64,000 nucleotides of DNA from Rikenellaceae bacterium. Its GTDB lineage: Bacteria; Bacteroidota; Bacteroidia; Bacteroidales; Rikenellaceae. Positions 1 to 10,592 of this stretch are shown here, in pieces; the stretch's first letter is position 1; each line of letters starts with the position of its first letter. The DNA is taken from contig CAWUYY010000011.1 in the NCBI GenBank assembly GCA_963926835.1, positions 4,022-68,021 on the forward strand. The letters are read 5' to 3'. Below the pieces are notes generated by a model. The model did not search any database, was not told where the DNA came from, and was given only the letters and a program-made list of their open reading frames with translations. The position numbers were made by a program, and so were the translations under genes.

Positions 1-993
1 CTCCTTGCCGTATCCCTCGCCGTCGACAATGGCGCCGTCGGCATAGACGATGGCCACCTGCGGGGCCGACAGATTCTTCACGTTGGCCGTCAGCGTCGAG
101 GCGTACTGACCCATGGTGACGAATTCGAATTCGCCGTCGGGTTTGGGCACGGCTCCGTAGCTGCTGAAGACCTCCTTCATATCATCCTCGTAGAGCAGTC
201 CGTCAACGAACCCCTTCTCGCGCGCCTCCTCGGCCAGCGAGACCTCCCAACCGTCGGCAATGCGGTTCAGCTCGGCCGGGTCGATCCCCCGCGAACGGGA
301 TACTGCCTCAACCAGCACGTTCCAGTAGGCGTCGACCGTCTGCTGCATCTGGCGACGGTTCTCCTCGGACATCCCGGTCAGGAAGTAGGGCTCCACGGCA
401 CTCTTGTATTTGCAGGCGGTCGGACGGAAGATCTCGGTCTGAATGTCGAGCTTGTCGAGCAGCCCCTTGTAGAAAAACAGGGTCGAGGCGATACCCGTCC
501 ACTGCAGACTTCCGTTGGGTTCCAGATAGATTCCGTCGGCAGCCGTAGCCAGGTAGTAGCCGCTCTGTCCATACATCTCGTTATAGGCCAGCACGAACTT
601 GCCGCTGGTGCGGAAATCCTCCAGTGCATCGTGCAGCTCCTCCAGAATGCTGAGCGAGGTCACCCCGCTGCCGTTCAGGCGCAGGTAGATACCCTGGATG
701 CGGGGATCCATCTTGGCCGCCTCGATGGCACGCAGCGCGTTCATAAGCGAGATCTGACGGGTAGGAGTCATCGTGGCCAGATCGATGTTGCCGAACGGGG
801 CCGTACTGGGCGAATCGGTAATATCCTCGGCCAGGTCGATCTTCAGGATGGCATGGTTGCCGATCATCACCGGATCGGACGAGGTGATCGATCCGATGAT
901 ACCCGCCATCACGATCAGCGAAAGGAAAAAGAGCACCACCCCGCCCACGACAAAAGCGAGCAGGCTGGCCAAAAACGTCTTCAAGAATTTCAT
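1..993 (-). CDS. sppA: signal peptide peptidase SppA (protease IV), truncated by window edge
   Basis: Reverse strand from ATG at 993 reads MKFLKTFLASLLAFVVG..., then ...AKMDPRIQGIYL...YYLATAADGIYL...KYKSAVEPY...VAIVYADGAI, typical of 67K SppA. Confidence 0.9.
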   Translation of the reverse strand, partial: MKFLKTFLASLLAFVVGGVVLFFLSLIVMAGIIGSITSSDPVMIGNHAILKIDLAEDITDSPSTAPFGNIDLATMTPTRQISLMNALRAIEAAKMDPRIQGIYLRLNGSGVTSLSILEELHDALEDFRTSGKFVLAYNEMYGQSGYYLATAADGIYLEPNGSLQWTGIASTLFFYKGLLDKLDIQTEIFRPTACKYKSAVEPYFLTGMSEENRRQMQQTVDAYWNVLVEAVSRSRGIDPAELNRIADGWEVSLAEEAREKGFVDGLLYEDDMKEVFSSYGAVPKPDGEFEFVTMGQYASTLTANVKNLSAPQVAIVYADGAIVDGEGYGKE

Positions 994-1234
994 ATCGATT
1001 GCTGTTTGATTTTCACAAAGATTTCCTGTGGAGTATTCTGTGACAAATATAGGGGATTCTTTTTTGAAAAACAAATAATATTTATCGTTAATCGATAAGG
1101 AAACTTTTGCGAAATGCCTCAATTCTCGGAAATAATACTTATCTTTGCCCATATTGGAGCGGGGAGCGGTCTCTCCGACGGGGAGTCGCCCCGCGAAGAG
1201 CCTCTTCCGCGCATGCCGATCAACTCGCAAAAAA

Positions 1235-2287
1235 ATGGAACAGAGAGTCAAGGAATTATTGAACAGCATTCTCCATCCGGAGACCCAGCGGGGGCTTGTC
1301 GAGAGCGGATTTGTCGCCGGTGTGACGGCCAACGACGGGAAGATCACCGTCGTGCTGCAGTTTGCCAAGGTGCGCGATCCGTTTGCCGCCAAGATCCAGC
1401 GGCAGGCCCAGGCGCTGCTCGAGGGGCAATTTCCCGCATTGAAAAATGCCATCACCGTTATTATAAAGGAGGCCGCCCCGAAAGCGGCGCAACCGGCCGA
1501 GAAACGGACCACCACGGGGGAGATCGACCACGTGATCGCCATCGCCTCGGGCAAGGGGGGCGTCGGTAAATCGACCGTCACGGCCAACCTGGCCGTCGCC
1601 CTGCGCAACATGGGCTACCGGGTCGGCATCCTCGATGCCGATATCTACGGCCCCTCGCAACCCAAGATGTTCGGTCTTGAAGGGTATCTTCCCGAGGCCG
1701 AGCAGGTGGACGGTCAGGATATCATCCTGCCGGCCGAAGCGATGGGGATCAAGATCATGTCGATCGGATTCTTCATCAAGCCCAGCGACGCGCTGCTGTG
1801 GCGCGGTGCCATGGCGGTCAACGCCCTGCGGCAGATGATCCACCAGACGCGGTGGGGCAAGCTCGACTTCCTGCTGGCGGATCTGCCCCCCGGCACGGGC
1901 GACATCCACCTGTCGATCATTTCCGAACTGAAGATCGACGAAGCGGTGATCGTCTCGACCCCGCAGCAGATCGCCGTGGCGGACGTACGGCGCGGTGTGG
2001 AGCTGTTCCGCAACCCGCAGGTGAACATTCCGCTGGCCGGCATCATCGAAAACATGGCCTGGTTCACCCCCGAGGAGCTGCCCCAGAACCGCTACTACCT
2101 CTTCGGCAAGGGGGGTGCCCGCCGTTTTGCCGAGGAGAACGGAGTCGATCTGCTGGGTGAAATTCCGATCATCCAGTCGATCATGGAGGGGGCAGACAAC
2201 GGAACTCCCTCGGTATCAATCGACAGCCGGGTCGAGCCCTACTACCGCGAGATCGCCCGAAAGATTGTTGACAAGTTGCGCAAATAG
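1235..2287 (+). CDS. mrp: Mrp/NBP35 family Fe-S carrier ATPase
   Basis: SGKGGVGKST, DADIYGPS and DLPPGTGD motifs; start taken at MEQRVK. Confidence 0.92.
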   Translation: MEQRVKELLNSILHPETQRGLVESGFVAGVTANDGKITVVLQFAKVRDPFAAKIQRQAQALLEGQFPALKNAITVIIKEAAPKAAQPAEKRTTTGEIDHVIAIASGKGGVGKSTVTANLAVALRNMGYRVGILDADIYGPSQPKMFGLEGYLPEAEQVDGQDIILPAEAMGIKIMSIGFFIKPSDALLWRGAMAVNALRQMIHQTRWGKLDFLLADLPPGTGDIHLSIISELKIDEAVIVSTPQQIAVADVRRGVELFRNPQVNIPLAGIIENMAWFTPEELPQNRYYLFGKGGARRFAEENGVDLLGEIPIIQSIMEGADNGTPSVSIDSRVEPYYREIARKIVDKLRK

Positions 2288-2677
2288 CCGGTGAAAGCTG
2301 TTGAAAACCGGTAAACAACTTTTCAAAAGAAAAATCGCAAACCGCTTGCAAAAGTGCTGCGAGCGACGGTATGGAAAAAAGCGGCGAACGGCCAAAAAAA
2401 GTTTTGCAAAGTTGTGCGCCGGGATATGAACTTCAAAAGAGGGGCGATTGTTGGAAAACGAAGGGTGTTGATTTGTGGAGAGCACTTGTCAACATTTGTG
2501 GATAAAGTGAAAACTTCACTGCCCTGAAGGGCTCAACAGCCGCATGCCTCGCAAGCGAAGAGATGATAATATGTGGAAAAGCGAAAGCGGGTGAGACTTA
2601 TCAACACTTTCAACAGCCATTATATTTCTTTCTTTATGATTATTTAAAATTAAATAAAAGTATAAAAATAAAAAACG
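2266..2677. other. candidate chromosomal replication origin (oriC)
   Basis: Perfect DnaA box TGTGGATAA at 2497-2505; variants TTATCAACA 2598, CTTTCAACA 2607, TGTGGAAAA 2572, TTGTCAACA 2486, TGTTGAAAA 2299, TGTTGACAA 2266; AT-rich DUE-like tract at ~2619-2676. Confidence 0.7.
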
Positions 2678-3616
2678 ATGGTTGACAACTCGTCGAAACT
2701 CAAAGCGGAGATCGAACGGCTGAAAAAAGAGAAGAGGGCCGTCATCCTGGCACACTACTACACCCTGCCCGAAGTGCAGGAGGTAGCCGACTTCCTGGGC
2801 GACTCGCTCGCCCTCTCGATCGAGGCGCAGAAGACCGATGCGCGCATCATCCTCTTCGCCGGGGTCCACTTCATGGCCGAAACGGCCAAGGTGCTATCGC
2901 CCGACAAGAAGGTGCTCATCCCCTGCCCCGAGGCGGGATGTTCGCTCGCCGAGTCGTGCGATGCCGCCGCCTTCGCCGCCTTCAAGGCGCGCTACCCCGG
3001 CTACAAGGTGGTTTCGTATGTCAATACCACGGTCGGCGTGAAGGCGCTCACCGATATCTGCTGCACCTCGTCGAACGCCCTGAAGGTGGTCGAGTCTATT
3101 CCGCGCGAACAACCCATCATCTTCGCCCCCGACCGCAACCTGGGATCCTACATCCAGAAGCTGACCGGCCGTGACAACATGGTCATCTGGGACGGCGCCT
3201 GCCACGTGCACGAGGAGTTCTCGCTCGAAAAGCTCCTCCGGCTGAAACGCGAATACCCCGACGCAAAGGTGGTGGCCCACCCCGAGTGCCGCGCCTACGT
3301 GATCGAGGTGGCCGACTTCGTGGGATCGACCGCCGCCATTCTGGACTATTGCGGCCGCAGCGAGGCCCACAGGTTCATCGTGGTGACCGAGGCGGGCATC
3401 CTCTCGGAGATGAAGCGCCGCTACCCGGACAAGGAGTTCATTCCGGCTCCCCCCGAGGATGAGTCGTGCGGCTGCAACAACTGCAAGTACATGAAGATGG
3501 TCACGCTCGAGAACATCCTCTCGACGCTCCGGGACGAGAAGCCCGAGATCGAGATCGACGAGGAGGTGCGCCGCCGCGCCGAGCGTTCGATCCTCAACAT
3601 GATCGCCATCAAGTAA
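2678..3616 (+). CDS. nadA: quinolinate synthase A
   Basis: ILAHYY, GVHFMAETAK, AGCSLA, ACHVH, AHPEC and CKYMK motifs. Confidence 0.95.
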   Translation: MVDNSSKLKAEIERLKKEKRAVILAHYYTLPEVQEVADFLGDSLALSIEAQKTDARIILFAGVHFMAETAKVLSPDKKVLIPCPEAGCSLAESCDAAAFAAFKARYPGYKVVSYVNTTVGVKALTDICCTSSNALKVVESIPREQPIIFAPDRNLGSYIQKLTGRDNMVIWDGACHVHEEFSLEKLLRLKREYPDAKVVAHPECRAYVIEVADFVGSTAAILDYCGRSEAHRFIVVTEAGILSEMKRRYPDKEFIPAPPEDESCGCNNCKYMKMVTLENILSTLRDEKPEIEIDEEVRRRAERSILNMIAIK

Positions 3617-3669
3617 ACGGATCATTTTTTAACAATTATTTATAAACCAAACAAAAGCAAACAACCAAG

Positions 3670-5874
3670 ATGAAAAAACTTATTACGTTGTTGGCCGCCG
3701 CCGTCATGTCGATGGCGGCCATGGCCGACGAGGGTATGTGGTTGCTGCCCTATCTGCAGAAGATGAACATCGCAGACATGCATGCCAAAGGTCTGAAACT
3801 GACGGCCGAGGATATCTACTCGGTCAACAAGGGATCGCTGAAGGATGCAATCGTGATCTTCGGCAACGGCTGTACCGGCGAGGTGGTATCGCCCGAAGGT
3901 CTGGTCTTCACGAACCACCACTGCGGCTACCCCTCCATCCAGGCGCTTTCGTCGGTGGAGCATGACTACCTGAAGGATGGCTTCTGGGCCATGTCGAACG
4001 AGGAGGAGCTCCCCGCTCCCGGCCTGACGGTGACCTTCATCCGTCAGATCATCGACGTGACGCCCGACGTGCTGGGCAACGTACCTTCGATCGCCCAGGG
4101 TCAGGAGCGCAGCGATCTGGTCAGCAAGAATGTCGAGGCGCTGCGTGAGAAGCTCGAGGCCGAGAATCCGGGCAAGACGATCAACATCCAGCCGTTCTTC
4201 GGCGGAAACCAGTACTTCGCTTTCGTGATGGAGATATTCCGCGATATCCGTCTGGTGGGTACGCCTCCCAACTCGATCGGCAAGTTCGGCGGTGACACTG
4301 ACAACTGGATGTGGCCGCGCCACACGGGTGACTTCTCCGTCTTCCGTATCTACGCCGACAAGAACAACCAGCCGGCCGACTACTCCGCAGAGAACGTTCC
4401 CTACAAGGCCGATGAGTTCCTGAAGGTTTCGCTCGACGGCTACAAGGCCGACGACTTCACGATGATCATGGGATTCCCCGGATCGACCGAGCGTTTCATG
4501 ACCTCATACGAGATCGACGAGATGCTGAGCGTATCGGGTCCCCAGCGTGTGGCGATCCGCGGTGCCCGTCAGGATATCCTGATGGAGGACATGCTGGCCA
4601 GCGACAAGGTGCGTATCCAGTACTCGAGCAAATATGCCAACTCGTCGAACTACTGGAAGAACACGATCGGCATGATGCGCGGTATCGAGAAGCTCGACGT
4701 GAAGGCGAAGAAAGAGGCGCTCGAGGCTGAGTTCCAGGCTTGGGCCGATGCCGAGACGCTCCCCGAGGAGGGGTATTCGAACGCCCTGAACATGATCCGC
4801 GAGTCGATCAACGGCACGATGCCCTACAACGCATCGCTGCAGTACCTGAACGAGGCCATGGCCCGTGCCATTGAGATCCTCACGCCGGCCTCCATTGCAT
4901 ACCATATCGTATCGGATACGATAACCGATGCCCAGATGGAGCGTCTGAAGGAGGTTTATGCCCAGTTCTACAAGGACTACAACATGCCGACCGACCGCAA
5001 GGTGGCCAAGAAGATGCTGCAGATGGTCAAGGAGAACGTGAAGGAGCTTCCTTCGATATTTGCGGATGTGATCGACGCCCAGTTCGGCGGCAATACGGAT
5101 GCCTATGTGGATTATCTGTATGACAATTCGCTCTTCACCGACGAGCAGAAGGCGCTCTCCGCTACCGCGGAGCAGGTGGCTGCCGATCCGGCCGTGATCC
5201 TGGCCAACTCGCTCGTGGAGAAGATGATGGAGCTGAGCGACAAGGCGGATGAGTTCCGTCGTCAGTATACCGATGGACACCGCCTCTACGTAGCGGGTCT
5301 GATGCGCATGCAGCCCGACAAGGCATGGTATCCGGATGCCAACTTCACGATCCGTCTCACGTACGGTCAGGTGCTCCCCTACGAGCCGGCCGACGGTGTG
5401 CTCTACGAGTACTACACGACCCTGAAGGGTGTGATGGAGAAAGAGAATCCCGAGAACCACGAGTTTGTCGTACCGGAGAAACTCAAGGAGCTCTATGCGG
5501 CCAAGGATTTCGGTCCCTATGCCAACTGCAAGGGTGAGATGCCGGTGGCTTTCCTGGCCAACTGCGACATCACGGGCGGTAACTCCGGTTCGCCGGTGCT
5601 GAACGACAAGGGTGAGCTGATCGGTCTGGCTTTCGACGGCAACTGGGAGGCCATGTCGGGTGATATCGCCTTCGAGCCCGAGGTACAGCGTACCATTGCG
5701 GTCGATGTACGTTACGTGTTGTTCGTAATCGACAAGTACGGCGATGCCGGCTGGTTGCTCGACGAGATGACCATCGTCAAGGACAATCCGAAGGATGGCT
5801 GCCAGGTGAAGGATCAGAAGGCTGCCAAGAAGAGCGACAAGAAGGCTCGCAAGGCCGACAGAAAACGCAAATAG
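3670..5874 (+). CDS. S46 family dipeptidyl peptidase (DPP7-like)
   Basis: Signal peptide followed by DEGMW; TNHHC, DITGGNSGSPV, FDGNWEAMSGD. Confidence 0.92.
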   Translation: MKKLITLLAAAVMSMAAMADEGMWLLPYLQKMNIADMHAKGLKLTAEDIYSVNKGSLKDAIVIFGNGCTGEVVSPEGLVFTNHHCGYPSIQALSSVEHDYLKDGFWAMSNEEELPAPGLTVTFIRQIIDVTPDVLGNVPSIAQGQERSDLVSKNVEALREKLEAENPGKTINIQPFFGGNQYFAFVMEIFRDIRLVGTPPNSIGKFGGDTDNWMWPRHTGDFSVFRIYADKNNQPADYSAENVPYKADEFLKVSLDGYKADDFTMIMGFPGSTERFMTSYEIDEMLSVSGPQRVAIRGARQDILMEDMLASDKVRIQYSSKYANSSNYWKNTIGMMRGIEKLDVKAKKEALEAEFQAWADAETLPEEGYSNALNMIRESINGTMPYNASLQYLNEAMARAIEILTPASIAYHIVSDTITDAQMERLKEVYAQFYKDYNMPTDRKVAKKMLQMVKENVKELPSIFADVIDAQFGGNTDAYVDYLYDNSLFTDEQKALSATAEQVAADPAVILANSLVEKMMELSDKADEFRRQYTDGHRLYVAGLMRMQPDKAWYPDANFTIRLTYGQVLPYEPADGVLYEYYTTLKGVMEKENPENHEFVVPEKLKELYAAKDFGPYANCKGEMPVAFLANCDITGGNSGSPVLNDKGELIGLAFDGNWEAMSGDIAFEPEVQRTIAVDVRYVLFVIDKYGDAGWLLDEMTIVKDNPKDGCQVKDQKAAKKSDKKARKADRKRK

Positions 5875-5922
5875 TCGGGTTGTGCCGCGCGGCCGCAGGG
5901 CCGGGGCCTGCCTGAAAAACGG

Positions 5923-5966
5923 GAGGAGGAGTACCTGAACAGGGGGGACTCCTCCTCTCTTTTTTT
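5923..5966 (+). terminator. intrinsic terminator
   Basis: gaggaggagt...actcctcctc stem followed by T-tract. Confidence 0.6.
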
Positions 5967-6097
5967 GGGGATGATGAAAGGGTAGCCGGGGCCGAAAGGA
6001 CGGTTGCGGATAAAATAATCGGGTTTGGAAGGAGGGAATCGGCGAATATGGGTTATCTTTGAGCGGAGGTGTTCCCGAAGCAATTCTCGCCCGCATT

Positions 6098-8566
6098 ATG
6101 AAACAGTCGAAATTTGTCCGCACCAAGGTGGTTTTGGGGTACGTGCTGGTCGCTCTGATCGGCGTGGTGGGGATGATCTATATCTGGCGGCAGACCGAGA
6201 TCCTCATGCAGCCGGACGATGCCCAGACGCAGTTGCGGGCACGTCGCCGGGTGGTCAACGAGATTCTCTACCACCTCTACGAGGCCGAGAGCTACGGACA
6301 GATGCTCGTGGCCGGATATTCGAGTTATCAGGAGCGTTACAGGAGTGAACTGGGCACCGTACGCAAGAGTATCGACTCGCTGCGCAAGATTGCGGGCGAT
6401 CCCGCCCAGCAGATGCGTCTGGATACGATTCTGGTGCTTATCGGCCGCAAGGAGCGCGGTGTGACGGCACTGGACCGCAACCTGCGTTCGTCGGGAACGG
6501 CCACGCTCTTGAGCGAGAACATCGAGCGGATGATCCCGATCCTCGATTCGCTCTCGCAGCTGCAGCCTTTCCGCACCGATACGGTCATCACGCGCGATAC
6601 GCTCAAGACGCTGCCCCGCAAACGGGGTTTCTTCCGCCGGATCGGGGATGTTTTCAGCCCCCCGAAGGCCGATTCGACCGTCACGGTGGCCACCCACGTA
6701 CGCATCGATACGATCGTTCCGAAGCGAAGCTTGGGCGATACGATCGCCCGGGTGCTGTTCGATCTGGAGCAGAGAGTGACCAGCGAGCGCATGGCCCTCT
6801 ACGACAAGGCCTGGCAGGAGGGGTTGGCGCTGCAGCGCAACAACCGGCAGATCAACCAGCGAATCTACCGGCTCATCCTCGACTTCGAGGAGGACGAGAC
6901 CGCCTACCTCTGGGACCGGATCCAGGCGCAGGAGCAGTTGAGGCGGCAGTCGCTCCTGATTCTGGGTTCGATAGCGGCCGGATCGCTGCTCTTGATGCTC
7001 TTCTTTGTCTGGATTCTCTGCCGGGACATCGGCCGCAGCAACCGCTACAAACGTCAGATCGAGGAGGCCAACCGCCACAACGAGGCGCTGATAGAGGCGC
7101 GCGAGAAGCTGATGATGACCATCACGCACGACATCAAGGCTCCACTGGGGTCGATCATGGGCTACATCGAGCTGCTGTCGCGCCTCGACCAGGGAAAACA
7201 GGGGGCCCTCTACCTGAGCCAGATGAAGAGCTCGGCCGACCACCTGCTGCAGCTGGTGACCGATCTGCTCGAATTCTACAAGCTCGACTACCACAAGGTG
7301 ACCGTCAACCGCGTCGCCTTCTCGGCCGGGGAGCTCTTTACCGAGATCTGCGCCTCGTTCGAACCGATGGCCCGGGCCAAGGGGATCGAGCTGCGCTGTT
7401 CGATTTCCGGTGAGTTGAAACAGCCGCTGGTGAGCGATCCTTCGCGGATCAGGCAGGTGGCCGAAAATCTGCTGTCGAACGCCATCAAGTTCACCGACCA
7501 CGGCTTTATCGCCTTCCACGCCTGGCTGGAGGATTCGAAGCTCTTCTTCCGGGTGAGCGATACGGGGCGCGGCATCGGTCCCGAAGAGCGGGAGCGTATC
7601 TACCAGGAGTTTGTGCGGCTGCCGTCGGCCGAGGGGGTCGGAGGCGTCGGACTGGGTCTGTCGATCGTGGACCGGTTGGTCAAACTGCTCGGCGGCACCA
7701 TCGAACTGGAGAGCGAACCCGGTGCGGGCAGCCGCTTCGTGGTCTCGATTCCGGTCGAGACGGCCGATTCGCTGCCCGGCGGCGAGGAGTCGCCCCGCGA
7801 AGGGGAAAGGGGGTTTCCGCACCCCTTGAAGAGGGAGCTGCGCTGCCTGTGGGTGGATGACGATCCGCTGCAGCTGCGCATGACGGCGGCCCTGTGCCGT
7901 GAACTGGGGATGCAGACCGAGTGCTGCCCCTACCCCGAATATGCCGAAAAACTGGTGCAGGAGTCCGACCTCGATCTGGTTTTTACCGACATTCAGATGC
8001 CCGGCGTGGATGGATTCGAGCTGTTGCGTCGGATCCATGCCGTGAAGGAGAAGCTGCCGGTGGTGGCCGTCTCGGCCCGCTCGGATCAGGAGTCGATCTA
8101 CCTGGAGCGGGGCTTTGCGGCCGTGCTGCGCAAGCCCTTCACAAGCGGCGAGCTGATCGGGGTGCTGCGGTCGCTCTTTCCGGAGGACGAGATGCTCGAA
8201 CGGCCGGCCGGGGTCTGCGACAAAGCGGAGAAGGCGACCGGCATCGGAGCGCTGACCGCCTTTGCCCGGGACGATGAGGAGGCGGCCCGGCAGATCCTCC
8301 GTTCGTTTGTCGAGGAGAATGAGATCAACCTCGAAAATTGGAGCGAGGCTCTCGGGCGCGGCGATGCGGCGACGATCGGGGGGCAGGCCCACAAGATGAT
8401 CCCGATCTTCACGATGCTGGGTGAGCGCACCCTTGTCGAAGGGCTCCGGAAACTGGAGCGAATCGGCGGCACGTTGGACGATTTGACCCGAAAAGAGGCC
8501 CTTCGGGTGGCTGAAATGGTGCGGGAGGTTGTCGATCGTGTAAAAAAAGAGTATCTTTACAAATGA
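6098..8566 (+). CDS. hybrid sensor histidine kinase (HisKA-HATPase-REC-Hpt), RteA-like
   Basis: Two TM segments, THDIKAPL H-box, NLLSNAIKFT, DTGRGI, GLGLSIV, receiver VDDD/TDIQMP, Hpt-like AHKMIP. Confidence 0.9.
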   Translation: MKQSKFVRTKVVLGYVLVALIGVVGMIYIWRQTEILMQPDDAQTQLRARRRVVNEILYHLYEAESYGQMLVAGYSSYQERYRSELGTVRKSIDSLRKIAGDPAQQMRLDTILVLIGRKERGVTALDRNLRSSGTATLLSENIERMIPILDSLSQLQPFRTDTVITRDTLKTLPRKRGFFRRIGDVFSPPKADSTVTVATHVRIDTIVPKRSLGDTIARVLFDLEQRVTSERMALYDKAWQEGLALQRNNRQINQRIYRLILDFEEDETAYLWDRIQAQEQLRRQSLLILGSIAAGSLLLMLFFVWILCRDIGRSNRYKRQIEEANRHNEALIEAREKLMMTITHDIKAPLGSIMGYIELLSRLDQGKQGALYLSQMKSSADHLLQLVTDLLEFYKLDYHKVTVNRVAFSAGELFTEICASFEPMARAKGIELRCSISGELKQPLVSDPSRIRQVAENLLSNAIKFTDHGFIAFHAWLEDSKLFFRVSDTGRGIGPEERERIYQEFVRLPSAEGVGGVGLGLSIVDRLVKLLGGTIELESEPGAGSRFVVSIPVETADSLPGGEESPREGERGFPHPLKRELRCLWVDDDPLQLRMTAALCRELGMQTECCPYPEYAEKLVQESDLDLVFTDIQMPGVDGFELLRRIHAVKEKLPVVAVSARSDQESIYLERGFAAVLRKPFTSGELIGVLRSLFPEDEMLERPAGVCDKAEKATGIGALTAFARDDEEAARQILRSFVEENEINLENWSEALGRGDAATIGGQAHKMIPIFTMLGERTLVEGLRKLERIGGTLDDLTRKEALRVAEMVREVVDRVKKEYLYK

Positions 8567-8715
8567 TAAAACAACCCTGAATCCGTTATTTTTGCGGATC
8601 CTCTGCGGATTCGGTTCGAACGGGCAGGCGGAGAGAGGGCTCTCTGCACCTTCCTCTGTTGAGAATAAGCTGCGCTTTTCGAACCGCTTATGGACAATGA
8701 AACGACTCTCCTCCG

Positions 8716-10101
8716 ATGGAAAAGATTCTGATAATTGACGACGACGTCACCTTTTCGCTGATGCTTCGCACGTGGCTCACCAAAAAGGGATTTGAGGTGG
8801 GAACGGCCACTACGGTCGCTTCCGGACGCAAATTCCTCGAAGAGGAGCGCTACGATCTGGTTCTGTCGGACATGCGGCTTCCCGACGGCGACGGGACCGA
8901 CATCCTGCAGTGGATCGCCGAGCATGGCCGGACGATCCCGGTGATCGTGATGACGGGCTATGCCGAGATCGGCAATGCGGTGATCAGCATGAAACTGGGG
9001 GCGGCGGACTATATCGCCAAACCGGTTCAGCCCGACGAGTTGCTGAAGAAGATCCGCGAGGCGCTTGCCGCCCCGCGTGCCGAGGCGGCTCCGGCAACCC
9101 CTGCCCCCTCATCCGAAAGGGGGGGCGGACGGGAGCGCCGCAAGGCAGAGGCTCCGTCTGTGGTCGAGGGGTTGAGCTACATCGAGGGACACAGCGAGGC
9201 GTCGCGCAAGCTCTACGAATATGTGCGGCTGGTGGCTCCGACCCAGATGTCGGTGCTGATCAACGGGGCGAGCGGCACGGGCAAGGAGCATGTGGCGCGG
9301 CTGATCCACCTGCAGAGCAAACGGGCCGACAAACCCTTCATTGCGGTCGATTGCGGCGTTTTGTCGCGCGATCTGGCCGCCTCGGAGTTCTTCGGACATC
9401 TGAAGGGCTCCTTTACGGGGGCGGTGGCCAACAAGACCGGCGCCTTCGAGGAGGCGCAGGGGGGCACGCTCTTTCTGGACGAGGTGGGAAACCTGAGCCT
9501 CGACATCCAGATCCAGCTGCTGCGCGTGCTGCAGGAGCGCAAGATCAAGCCGGTGGGGGCCACGCGGGAGATTCCCGTTGACGTGCGGTTGATCTGCGCC
9601 ACGAACGAGAATCTCGAGGAGGCGATCTCCAAGGGAAACTTCCGCACCGATCTCTACCACCGTATCAACGAATTCGTGATCGAAATGCCCGATCTGGTCG
9701 ATCGGCGCGAGGATATCATGCTCTATGCCGACTTCTTCCTCAAGCAGGCCAACCGCGAGCTCGACCGGCAGGTCAAGGGGTTCGACGCCGGGGCGACCCG
9801 GCTGCTGATGGAATACGGATGGCCGGGCAACCTGCGCCAGCTGAAGAACTGTGTGACGCGGGCCACCCTGCTGGCTGCGGGCGACTGCATCACGGCGGCC
9901 GAACTGCCTGCCGAGATCCGCGAGGCGGAGGGGAGCACCCCTCATCCGACGGCCTCGTCGCTGCGCGATCCGGCAGCCGAGGAGGAGCGTATCCGTCAGG
10001 CACTTGCCGCAGCGGGCGGCAACAAGTCGCAGGCGGCCCGGCTGCTCGGCATCGACCGCAAGACCCTCTACAACAAACTGCACATCTACGGCATCGAGTG
10101 A
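8716..10101 (+). CDS. sigma-54-dependent response regulator (NtrC/RteB-like)
   Basis: Receiver domain, GASGTGKE, GSFTGA, LFLDEV, WPGNLRQL, Fis-type HTH. Confidence 0.93.
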   Translation: MEKILIIDDDVTFSLMLRTWLTKKGFEVGTATTVASGRKFLEEERYDLVLSDMRLPDGDGTDILQWIAEHGRTIPVIVMTGYAEIGNAVISMKLGAADYIAKPVQPDELLKKIREALAAPRAEAAPATPAPSSERGGGRERRKAEAPSVVEGLSYIEGHSEASRKLYEYVRLVAPTQMSVLINGASGTGKEHVARLIHLQSKRADKPFIAVDCGVLSRDLAASEFFGHLKGSFTGAVANKTGAFEEAQGGTLFLDEVGNLSLDIQIQLLRVLQERKIKPVGATREIPVDVRLICATNENLEEAISKGNFRTDLYHRINEFVIEMPDLVDRREDIMLYADFFLKQANRELDRQVKGFDAGATRLLMEYGWPGNLRQLKNCVTRATLLAAGDCITAAELPAEIREAEGSTPHPTASSLRDPAAEEERIRQALAAAGGNKSQAARLLGIDRKTLYNKLHIYGIE

Positions 10102-10109
10102 TGCTGCAC

Positions 10110-10150
10110 GGTGTGGAAATTTTCTACACCCGGGTGTGGAATTCTACACC
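10110..10150. promoter_or_regulatory. paired palindromic upstream activator sites
   Basis: GGTGTGGAAATTTTCTACACC (10110-10130) and GGTGTGGAATTCTACACC (10133-10150). Confidence 0.65.
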
Positions 10151-10227
10151 CCGTCACCACGACTGCAATCTTTGCCATAAAAAATTAAATGACTGATAAC
10201 CAGTGATGTTTGTACATCGCCGGGCGA

Positions 10228-10244
10228 TTGGCACTGCGCTTGAT
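10228..10244 (+). promoter_or_regulatory. sigma-54 -24/-12 promoter
   Basis: TTGGCACTGCGCTTGAT matches TGGCAC-N5-TTG spacing, ~80 bp downstream of the palindromes. Confidence 0.65.
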
Positions 10245-10315
10245 CCAATTTCGGTCAAACGAACAGATCGGAGTGATCCGACCGAGAAAAAAAGGGTTAA
10301 AAATTTTTGGTAAAG

Positions 10316-10546
10316 ATGAAAAAGTTTATCTATGTAGCTGCGATTGTCGCCATGACGGGCATGATGGTTTCCTGTGGACAGAAGACCCAGAAGGCCGAGG
10401 CGACTGAGACGATCGAAACCGAGCAGGTGGAGACGACTGCTGAACCTGTCGAACAGACGACGACGGAAGCCGCCGCTACGACGGAAGGTGCTCAGGCTCA
10501 GCCTGAGGCTGCGACCGAAACAGCAGCAGAGCAAGCGATCAACTAG
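10316..10546 (+). CDS. small acidic Ala/Thr/Glu-rich lipoprotein
   Basis: MKKFIYVAAIVAMTGMMVS-C lipobox; low-complexity mature region. Confidence 0.8.
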   Translation: MKKFIYVAAIVAMTGMMVSCGQKTQKAEATETIETEQVETTAEPVEQTTTEAAATTEGAQAQPEAATETAAEQAIN

Positions 10547-10592
10547 TGATTTGGAGGGTTATTATTAGTTAAACAATTTTTTTGCTTGCCGG

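Noticed and set aside
6098-10101. RteA/RteB-like pair as a sign of a conjugative transposon
   Set aside because: No tetQ, rteC, tra, mob or integrase nearby; flanks are core genes
10110-10150. Direct repeats as a mini-CRISPR or att site
   Set aside because: Only two units with a 2-bp spacer and no cas genes; better explained as enhancer sites
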